Source: a virus
Taxonomy: Duplodnaviria > Caudoviricetes
Length of the DNA: 24,354 bases
Strand: one strand, 5' to 3'
Virus record (IMG/VR): IMGVR_UViG_3300020475_000526
Coordinates: 1-24,354 of that record
The notes under the pieces were generated by a model. That model searched no databases, was not told where the DNA came from, and saw only the letters and a list, made by a program, of their open reading frames with translations. This document shows positions 9,563 through 21,500 of this stretch, piece by piece. Numbering within the stretch: position 1 is the stretch's first letter; every line of letters starts with the position of its first letter. The position numbers and the translations under genes were made by a program.

Positions 9563-12500
9563 TTAACTTGGGGGTGTATAATATTGCTTGGATTTGAGAG
9601 ATCTAGATCTCCTTACCACTGGGGAAGTAGAAATACCACCCGTTCCACCTAATGTATATGCAGTAAATGCATTTTCCTCAGATCTTGAAGGAAGAAGGAT
9701 CTTACCCCAACTATAGGATCCAAAGTAGTTTCCAGTTTGAATGCCAACTCCACTAAAGCTAGGCCACTGACCATCCCAATCGAGATGTTCAGCAATCTTA
9801 ACAAACACTCTATTCATATGAGTTGTTCCAATTCCCACTCCATCAGAAGCAACACCAGTAGGAGATTGAACTATCTCAAAGGTATTAACCTCATATACAT
9901 TATTTACAAACTGTGTTCCAATTCCAATAACAGCACCATCAGCAGCCAAAGATCCTATGGATGTACTGGAAGCACCAACATTGGAATCATTCACAACAAA
10001 GTAATCACCAGTGCTAATTCCCGAAATTGTAACTGCTGTTCCTGTAATATTAGATTTTCTCAAATCAGAAGAATTGGGAATATGTAAATCAAATACTAAT
10101 TGATATCCAGTTGCAACCCCTACAGTTGTAGTACCAAATCCAACAATTATTCCAGAATCTCCACCATAACTGGTTGCAGTGTTTTCTTCTTCATACCATG
10201 TGGGAGGACTGATAAGGACAGATGGTGGGTTGGATGAAGTATATCCAGAACCAACAGAAGTAATTGCAATACCAGTGATGGTTCCTGCAGCACTAATTAC
10301 AGGAGTTCCAAATGCTCTAGTTGATGTTGTAACAACACCCACTTCAACACCACCAATAGAAGTAGATGCAAAACTTACTATCGCAGTGCTATATCCAATA
10401 CCACCAGTAGAGATAGCAACAGAGCTAATAGTTCCTAAACCAGAAACAATAGCAGTTCCTGCAGCACCAGATCTTACTTCTTGTGAAATAAACTTAACTT
10501 TCTTTTGGAAAAGGAAGTCATTTGCTATAGGAGATACATCATCAACTTCATTGTATGGGTCAAAGTAAGGTCTTACATTTTCAACATAAATGACTGTTGA
10601 TCCTATACCAACAGATTTAATAATTGGGGAATAAGGATTAATTACAGGTTCATAAATTTCCCTATCCTTTCCTACACCTATTTGGTTAATAATTTTATCT
10701 TCAGTCTGTCTAGTCCATTGAATAGGTCTTTCTAAATTAGGATCTGCAGTATTTCCTGGTCCGTAATATGGTGGGGTAGAAACACGATCAGTAGAATCTA
10801 CACTGAGAGGAACTCTAACAGATTCAGTCAACCAGAAATCTTGAGATTCTAAATGACCTATTTCTAATTCATCTCCAGGTTTAACAGTTTCTAAAACTCG
10901 TCTTTCAACAACATCTTGAGAACCAGTTCCTTTGTAGAAGAGGATTTGTATACTATCACCTTCTTTAGGTGCTTCAGTAAATGTAATATTACTACCACCT
11001 GGGAAGGTATAACCACCACCAGGTACTTGAGGAACATCATTTACGAATACTAATAGAAGATCTTCTTCAACAATCTTAGATCCTTCCTTACCTCTGATAG
11101 TTATTGTTTCACCATTAAGTTCTAATGGGAAATCTTTTCTAGATCCAGTAATAAGTTTTTCAATATTATCCAATGACTGTAACTCACCGATAGACCAACC
11201 AGTAAATTCATCATAGAAACATGGATCAAGAGTGAGTTGGAATTCTTTATATGTCTTAGATGGATCGGTAGGAATGCCAGTAGGACCTCCGATAGGAAGA
11301 GTTAATATTTCATCATTACCATAACCACTTCCTGTATTAGTAATTCTAAAGCTAATTATACTTGATCCTTGACCAACTACAACATCAACTATACCACCTG
11401 TTCCAACTCCAGCAGGACTAGAATCAGAATAAGTTAAAGCAATACCTGCATATGGTAATGGATCATCAATAATAACTTTAAGAGGTCTTCTAACAACACC
11501 ACCTCTATTATAGAGATTAGTTTGTGTAGATATACCAGCATCAAAAGCAAAAGTGGTTGTATCTATGACACGAGTAACTGGTGTGCTATCAACAGGGAAA
11601 TTAGTAGGTAATTTGATTAACTGAGCAGTACCACCAGAAGTATACTGAAGTGCAGTATTACCTGCACCAACTTGAATTACAAAACGTTTTGTAGTTAGTA
11701 CAGAACTAATTCTAGATCCAGTATAATATGGATCCGATGTTCTTGGATATGTAATATTGCTACTACCCTCAGTTATTGCTAATCCTGTTAATACAATATC
11801 CTCATTAGCAACAAAACCATGATTAGCGGAAGTAGTAACAGTTGCAACACCACTGGTAGCACTATAAACAAAATTAGTTATTGATTTGGGACTAGAAGAT
11901 AGATTTGTAAATGCAATACCAGTTATATCTGCATCTTCACCTACGGAGAACCCATGAGCACTAGATGTAGTAACAGTTGTTAATCCAGTCGCAGTATCGT
12001 ATCCCACATTTGATACAAATAAGGGTATATTGAAAACGTATGGATTGGTAATAGCAATACCAGTAATAAATCCACGTTCCTCAATAATAGCAGTACCAAT
12101 TCCAATTATACTAGTTCCTGGTAATGTTGAAGTTTGAATAGCAACATTGCATAGAGATTGAACACCAATCCTATAACCAGAACCTGTATTTGCAATACTT
12201 ACAGACTCTATAGTACCTGCTGTAGAAACAACTGCAGTACCACCTGCTGCTACTAGTGGTTGATAACCAAATCCTTCAGTAGAAGCAACTGAAACAATAG
12301 CACCACCTAAAGGAAGAGTTCCTACATTAGGATCTGCAGATACAGAACTACCTGTACCAGTAAAGGTTATGGTAGTAATACCAGTTGTTGTTTGAGCTAA
12401 AGTATAATTGTTTAATGGTCCTGGAGTTTGGAATACATCATTAACAAGAATAATTGCATTATCAGTAGTTAATCCAGAAACATTTGCAGAATCAGATTTG

Positions 12501-15500
12501 AGAGTGAAGTTTGCTTTTTGTCCAGTAAACTGATCAGAAAGACTATCAAACACATAGTTTCTATAATATGTTTCATAAGGAGTATCGGGAACACCTGATC
12601 TCATAAACATTCTTCCATCAAAACTAGATCCAGTTGATATACCAGTCCAATCTCTCTCATCTGGTCTATTTGTGCTTGTGCTTAGAGGAACATTACCACT
12701 TGGAGCAGCAACAAAGTTAATAGCATTATCAACAACGTTATAATTACCAACAACTTTTGTGACTACAGTAGCAGTGCTATATCCAGCAAGTGCTGTACCC
12801 ATCCAAGGTCTTCTAACTTGTATCCTATTAGTAACACCTATACCAACACCATCAACTCGCATTATCTCATCACCAATCTTAATTAAATCACCACCAAAGA
12901 TTGAAGTGATACCAGCAAGGTTAATAAACTCATCAGTAGTGAAAATTTGTCCAGTTAAATGAGATGTAACTGCTGTTGAAACTATTGGAGATTGAATAAC
13001 ATTATCAATAGATACCAATAACTTAGAATTCTGATTAACAGAATTAAATCTATGTGAGGTTCCTATACCAACACTAGTGATCTCTACGACCTCTGGAACG
13101 GTCTTGAGTGCCTTCTCAGCAGTCTCTGCGACCTTAATTGAGTCATCGTCAATCTTAACTGCAAAGAACGTACCAGGAAGTTTATTAGTGGTTCCAACTC
13201 CTACAAATCCATTAGTAGTAGCAATACCAACTGCCATTGTTTTACCAGCACCAGCATGATTGTATAGAAGTTTTTCTCCCGTAACAAAGAAGTGGTTAGG
13301 TAGAATAATAACATTATTAGTTGCATCTACAATAGAACTATCTTCACCAACAAATGATTTTTCAAATATTGTATCTGTTCTATGCTTTAATTCAAATTCC
13401 CTCTTAACAGCACGGTCTGTTCCTTCATAATCACCAAATCCAGATTCTATTGCACCATTATCAAAATCAATTGTATCTTTAGTGTCATCAGTAATTCTTA
13501 ATACATTACTAAACACATTTGTTTGAACATCAATACCTGCATTTGGTGTAAAGACGATAGACATAGTTCCACCAGCGGAAACTCTACTTCCTATCGTTCC
13601 TAATCCAGCATTTCCAGAATAAACATTACCAAACTCAACATCATAACTCTCTTGAGTTTCATCCGTAACAAAATCATTAACACAAAGGAATTCAGACATC
13701 TGATATGCCTTATTAGTGCAATCAGTGATCTGAACAAAGCAATATGCAGCCTGATAATCAGTAGGATATTCTGCTATGATATTTTCAATTGGAGAGGTTG
13801 TAGAACCAATACCAGTACATCTAGATTCAAGAATAGCATGTTTTAATTCTACTGTAGATATTCCACTATATTCTGAAGATGCCATTCCAACCAACATAGT
13901 GTTAATAGCACCAGTAGTTCCAATACCAACACCTGAGTTTGGATAGAAATCTAGTTTTAATAAATCACCATCAATATATCCATGATATGTTCCCATACCA
14001 GTTCGAGCAGCATATCCCTCTGTTATATTAGTGCTCAATCTTCCATATTCCATTACATCTACAGTTGTTCCATCATGAATAATATTAAATTGATTATATT
14101 CAAATTCTTCATAATTAATATCAGGATTAATCGATACTATTACATGAGCAGATCTGTAAGTGCTTGCAATACCTACAATTGTAGTAGTTCCAATTCCAAC
14201 ACCAATTGTTGCACTTTCTGTATCAACAATAGATGGTCCAATAACGGTACTAGCAGTGCCTAGTGTATTATCATCCAAATTAAAGGAAAGACTAGCAATA
14301 AAATAATCATTAACAGAATATTTTACAGGATACCATCTTAATTCACCTAAACTACCAGAAATTGCAAAGTCAAAATCACCTTGATTATAAACCGTATCTA
14401 TTTTTCCATATTGATTGAGATATCCTAAATTATTATCATGAAGGATATCAACAATAGTTAATTGTCTTTGAGCAGTAAATCTCTTATCTCTTACATAAAG
14501 GAAATACTTTAAAGCTCTTCTTTCTGCTAGTGTCCAATTAGCAACTGTAGTAAATCTAGTAGATCTTGGATTACTATTAAATGTTCCACTGAAGTCATCA
14601 ATTGAAACTGCCCTATTACCAATAGATTCTTGGAAATCCTGTAAAATTCTACTTGAGAAAGTTATTTCATTAGAAACTGTATCAGCACCAATAGATAAAT
14701 TGTTTTCTGATGCTAAATCAAAATCAAATACAGTGTTCATGTTTATAGATGATTGCAAATCATTAACAACTGTATAAGCAGATAATTCAGTAGATAAACC
14801 AACTACTAGAGAATCTTTCTGATCGGGAGTTGACTCTAATTGATAATCACTAAATTTCTTAAATCCAATAGTGTGATTTAAGGTAGAAACAGGATCATCC
14901 CAAACTTCTAAATCTACTCTAGAACTTAATGAATATGATAAATTTTGATAATAATCACTATCTTGGAATCTTTGAAGTGTTCTATTAAAGAATCCAGATT
15001 CTGTTTCCCAACCACCCTCTACTCTTGCAGTAGCATCTAATTTAAGATATGAATCAAATGATTTTATTGACGTAGCAGTTCCCTGAGTTCCAGAAGCACC
15101 TCCAACTATAATATCATTAATAACAAAATCCTTTTGAGCAGAAACTCTTAAAATTCCTGTATTTGGTTCCCAATATTGAACTTCACCTGTTGTACTACTA
15201 ATTGTTCCAGTAACAGTTTCTCCAGGAACATAATCATTTGATTTTGTAAGATTGACGGTAAATCGTGGGAATGTTTTTTGAGCAACAATTCTTCCTGCAG
15301 AATTAATAAAATCGTAAGTTCCTGGTGTAAGTTCAGGAGCTAAATCCCCAAAGAAATCGGTAAGATTATAAGTAATACTTCCAATACCACCTAAATTTTT
15401 ATCAACCTCTGTAAGATCAAAAAGTTTATAATCATATTCAGATGAATTATATCCTCTTCCTGTTGTTCCTACACCAACACTAATTCCTTCAACGAATACT

Positions 15501-18500
15501 TTATCACCAACTTCAAATGGGAAAGTATTAGCAGTACTAAATCCAGTAGCAAGAGTAACAGTTACATTCTTACTAATCGTATTAAACCCAACAGTAGAAA
15601 TACCAACACCATTAGAATTCTTAGTAGGAATAACAGTAGGTGGTGCATCATGAATACCAAATGTATTTCTTAAAATTTCTACATTAGGATTACCTAACTT
15701 ATATTTTAAATCAAGATCAAAAACTGGTTTATTTGTAAATCCATCAATAACAACTAATTCTGGTGAAGAAATATAACCTTTACCAAAAGAAGTTACTCCA
15801 ACTGATTCTACAGACTTAAGAGCATCAAGTTGAATTACTTGAGGTAATGAAGCACTAGGCATCAAAGTAGGATCAGATGGGAAATTATATCCAATCTCTC
15901 TTAGTTTTACAGTCCTAATTTTTCCAATAGATGTACTGATACCTTGAATAATTGCATTACTTCCATCTACACTATTAATTGTAGTAATACCTGGAAGTGC
16001 ATAGTAATTATTTCCTGGATTTTTTATTTCAAAATTAGCTATTGCACCAGAAGAATTTAAACTATCAGTTTCATAACTTAGATCTGATAAAGATCCATAA
16101 GAATCTTTTTCTGGTAATTCAGATAAAGTATATCTAAATTGATTAGTAGCAGCTATACTGACGATTTGTTTACCATTATATAAACTATCAACCATTGTTA
16201 CTTGATTAGCAGAAATAACTTCCTTATCTACAGTAACTTCTTTTTTTACATCAGGAAGATTACTATCATAAATTGGATCTAATTTATAATACAATTCATT
16301 AGGAATATCTTTAGTTACTGTTAAAGTAACATTAGCATTAGTTGTTATTCCAGGAGCTCCATTTCTTACAACATTAAAATCTTTAGTTAATGTAGAAGTA
16401 TCCCAAATTTTAGTAAAGTTTTGATCCCTATAAAAAGTTAATTTAAATGCTGAGTAATCTGTCGATTGATTGACATAAGATAAAGAAGAATCTGATACAT
16501 CAAATACAGCAGTGCAATCTTTATACAACTTAATTGGTGGATTTATTGGATTAATAGTTCCACCACCACCTGTTGTAGCAATACCAACTATTGGTGGTTT
16601 TTCTTCAACTGAATCATGATAAGTATCCGATAATTTAATTGTATTTTCATCAACTTTAACAATATAATATGTTCCATTATTATCTAAACCTCCACAAGGA
16701 ATAGATGCTGTATGAATAATTTTATCACCTGTGACATATCCATGATTTGTTATTGTTATAGCATTAGTTGTAGTGTTTACTCCTGCTGCAGTAAATGATT
16801 TTGGATCAATTAATATCTTTCTGTTATAATCATTATACTTAACAACAATTGTCGTAGATATGCCTGGACTTACACTCATATAAACATGATCATTATTTAA
16901 TAGTCCATGAGTTTCTCCTGTAGAAACAGTTACTCTAATTCTATTAACTTCTCCCGTAATTACTTCATAATTTGTTTTAAGACTATGATATACTCCAGTT
17001 CCTATTCCTGCAAAGAAGAACGTTGTAGAGTCTCTCTGTGTGCTTGCAATGCCTACAAAAGTACCTGTAGTACCTAAACCTACCCTACAAGTAGATAAAC
17101 CAATTATATTAGAATCTTTAACTGCAGCAAAAAGAGTTTGCCCATTAACTAATGTTTTTACTCCTGTTCCTGCTTTACCATCTTCCCATATAGTAATACC
17201 TGCTCCATTACCAGGAGAATATGTTAACTTATCCCCTGTTTTTAGATCATGGTTTGGAATATACAATTCTTTAGGATAAACAAATAGTTCTGTTAAACCA
17301 ATACCAGGATTGGAGAATACAAGAGTGCTTCCCATTCCAACAGCAGAAAGAGTTCCTACACCAACACTTTCATCTGGTTCAAAATATATTTGTTTGTTTA
17401 AACGATATTCATAAGTTGAAGTAAATCCAGGATTAACTGTAAGTTTTCTAGGATCTTCAAGAAGTTCAGTTGTAACAGTATGAGAAACTCCTGTTACACC
17501 ATTAAATCCTCTAAGAACTCTAATCCTTGATAAATGTGCTTCTACATTTAATACTTTTACTTGTTCTGTTCCTATTCCAAGAATATCATTTGATCTGATT
17601 GTTGGGAATGTCAAATCACCCCAAACACTTAAGTGTGTAACTATTCCAGTAGCACCATCAGTTCCAATAGCAACTGCAGTAGTTCCTATTCCTGCTAAAA
17701 ATAACTTATTAGAAGTAATACCAACATTATATGTTCCCTCAATATTTGAAGAAGTTGTTGATAATCCAGTAACATTAACAATATCATTATTAAACCAATT
17801 GTATGGTTCAGTTGATAAAACAGTATATTGTCCTTGTTGTGGACCTGGATAAAACTCCACATTACTTACTGTGCTAGTAGCAACACTTACACTACTAACA
17901 GATTTACCCACTAATCTTGAAACAGAAGCAGCAGCTTTACTTCCACTTGTTCCTTCATTATTAAATACTATTTTATCTTTAATTTTATAATTCTTTCCAC
18001 CAGTAGTAATTCCAATACTTTCAATATGTCCTGGTTTAGTTCCTTTAATATCTAAAGTTTGAGATAAATTGTCTGGTATAGAAAGATAAGGATATGTAAT
18101 ATCTCCCTCAATCAAATTATAAGGTGAAGTATTTCTATACCAATCTAGATCATCAGTTATGATATAATCATCTTGATTAGAATATTGTGTAAAGTTAAAC
18201 TCTTCAGGAGTTGACTGATAATTATCTCCTACAAGATATGGGAATATTGGTAATTTATAACTATTAAATTGTCCTCCCTGTTCCGCACCACTATCATTAA
18301 TAGTTGCAAAATACGCATAAACACCATTAGGGAATTGGGGTGTAATACAAAATCTTCCATTATTCTGATCTAATACAGTTTCATCGGTTACTTCTTTAAA
18401 TGTATAATCCTCAACAAAGAAACCTGGTCCAAAAGTAACTAATGGTGGTCTATTTAATTTAGAGGCTGCTTCTTCCACATACCCAGATTTCATCTGAGTT

Positions 18501-21500
18501 ACAGAACCACCTTCCTTTTTAACATAACCATAAGGACCATATATTGGATTACCATCATATGCCCATCCAATAATTGGGGAGTGGTCTGCTGATTCAATTT
18601 CTTGACCATTAACTCTCTTTAAATCTGGTTGTCCATACAAAGATGTTCCTTCCTGATTAGTTGCATAAACACCTTCTCTAAGTTTTCTAGGAGCATATAA
18701 ATGAGTATATTGTAAACCAAAATCTTTATTTAAACCATTTATCAGAATTCCATCATCAGAGGTTACCTGTTCACCTTGATAATACTTTTCAAATAAATTA
18801 ACAGTCCATTGTTGAATATTGGAACGAAGTTTTACATCAGATCCTGGTGAAATAACATCAATTGAAGTATCTTCTTTTGTATACCCAGATCCAGTTTTAA
18901 TAACTTTAACTTCTTCTAAAAGATATGTTGCACTTGTTCCAATTCCTACAGTCTTTAAAACAGGAGTAATTATACAACCTGCTCCATCACCATTTATTGA
19001 TAAAATTGGAGGAGCAATATAATCTTGACCTTTATTTTCTACTATAACTTCAGTGATTTTTCCATTATGTACAATGGGTTGTACTTGACCATCAACTCCA
19101 GAAGATAACGTTACATCAGGTTCTCTATTAAAATTAATAATTTCAGATGAACCATAACCTACTCCATTGTCTGCCAAATGAATAGATGTTACTTCTCCTC
19201 TGAATATTGGTTGTATTTTAGCTTCAAAAGTTTCATCTCCTACTGATGTTACTCCAACTTTTCCATTTAAAGTTACACTGATGGGTGGATAATTAAACTG
19301 ATGAGTTCCTACACCAATATAAGTTAAATCACGGAATTGTTTAGTTCTATAATAGTAATCTTTAGAAGTAGTTCCTACACCAACACTTGTTAATTTAAAA
19401 TTATCATCATCTACAAAACAAACATAATAATCAGTAGCGGTTGCTAATCCTGTAATAGGTGTTCCTGTACAAGTATAATTAATAATTTCTCCATTCTTAT
19501 AGTCATGGTTTTGAATGGTTATTTGATCTGAAGATGTAGTAATTCCTGCAGGTTGTACTGTTCTTTTCTTATTCTCATATCCACTTCCACCTGATATTAC
19601 ATTAATAGATTCTATTAATGATTTTGTTTTATAAGACCTTATATGTTGTACACCATCACCACGAGAAGTAAGTACAACAGTATTAATTCCTGCAAGAGAA
19701 CCAGCTTCATCACTATGAAGTCTTATAGTTGTTCCACCAGATCCAACAACAGAAGCAAAATAAGATGCATTTGTAGTCAGTCCACCAACAACATCTTGAT
19801 TATCAGTAACGTATAATACCTGCTCACCATTTGTAAATTTATGATAAGTTGAAAATCCTATTGTAGAAGATAGAGTTCCTGTAGTTCCAAGTCCTACCTT
19901 ACTTGAAGAAGAGAAGAAAGGAATAGAATGAGTTACTTCTTGCATGTTTATAGAAACATCTGCACCTTCTCCATTTCCTCCAGTTATTGATATAATTGGT
20001 TTAGTTTCATATCCAAAACCAGGATCTATTATTCTTATTTCCTTTAAAGATCCAGAAATGGCAACAAATCCTGTAGCACCTGTTCCAACAGCATCTGTAA
20101 TCTTAGTGATGGGAGGATTAATTACATCATAATCTCTACCAGGAGCAAGAACATCAATACTTTCTAATTTTCCATAATAAACTTTATCATAAGATTTGTA
20201 ATTTAATATTTCTACACCATTAATTAATATACCAGTACTACCTGGAGTAGTTTCATATACAGTTCCTGTATTAACTGGAGGATTAATAGATCTTACTAAT
20301 TTTTGTGATTGTAAAGTTTCACCATTAAAACTAAACGGTTCTATTCTATTATCTGTTGCAACACCAGTTCTTGTACCATCATTATCCAAATTAACAAAAG
20401 TTTCATTATAAAGATCAGGAGTACTTTTTGCTAATTTAATACTATTAGCATCTACCCTTTTTACAAAGTAAAGACCCTCATCAAACAAGGATGACTTAAT
20501 TACAAAATTATCCAATTCAGTACCACTAGTGGGGTCTACATATACATCATTAACTATCTGTGGTGTATAGTATACAGCATCTCCAGTATAGAATCCATGA
20601 TCAAAAATAGGAACTCCAACAGGAGTAGTAGCATCATCTATTATGTTAAAAGTATCTCCACTAAAACTACCATTAAATAAAATTCTCTTAGCATTAACTC
20701 CTAAAGATGAAGAATCATAAGAAGGAATAGATGATGATGCAACTAATAATTTTTCTGTCTTTTTCTGTTTATAAACATTCTGAATATCACTAGTATATAC
20801 TGAAGATTCTGGAAAGTTAATTGCATTTGCTTTTGAAAGTTTTCTTTCTATAATATATGGATTTGAATCTCTCTCAGTCAAATCAATTTCTCCTTGCTCC
20901 TTTAAAATGAAAGATCTTGAAGAAGTAATTTGACTTATAGTAGAAGAAGGTAAAGAAGTTTTTTCTCCCAGAGAACGAGAAATAACAGCTCTATCACCCA
21001 CTTTAAATTCATGATCAACATCAATAATAACTTCATATGTAAAGTCTGATACGTCAATAAGAATAATATCCTTTACCTTATAAGTTGGTGAAACATTATA
21101 GAACCAACCCTTCATTTTATAACCAGTATCACCAACACCTAAAGTTTTAATTTTTACATCGTCACCACTTCCATAAAGACAACTTTCATTATCATATTCA
21201 AGAGAATTGATAACAGAAGTAATTCTTACTTCAACAATTTCGTCTGGATCAACAATTGAAGCACCATATGCAAAACTATTAATACCAACGGTTGTTGCAG
21301 ATACAATAGTTTTACCTATTCCAGTCAATCCAAAAAATTGAGTTAAATTTTTAGAAGTATATGAACTTATTCCTACTGTATTATCAATATATCTAAAATG
21401 CAATTCACCTTGTGTAGAGAATCCAACCGTAGAATCAACATCAAAAATAGTAGATCCTGCTGATACACCACCAACTAATTTGGTTCTAGGGGAAACAGAA

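Noticed and set aside
1875-20132. All 15 short plus-strand ORFs in the track (60-129 aa)
   Set aside because: They lie antisense to long, well-supported genes, mostly have non-ATG starts, and show the low-complexity S/N/T/P/I composition expected of shadow frames.
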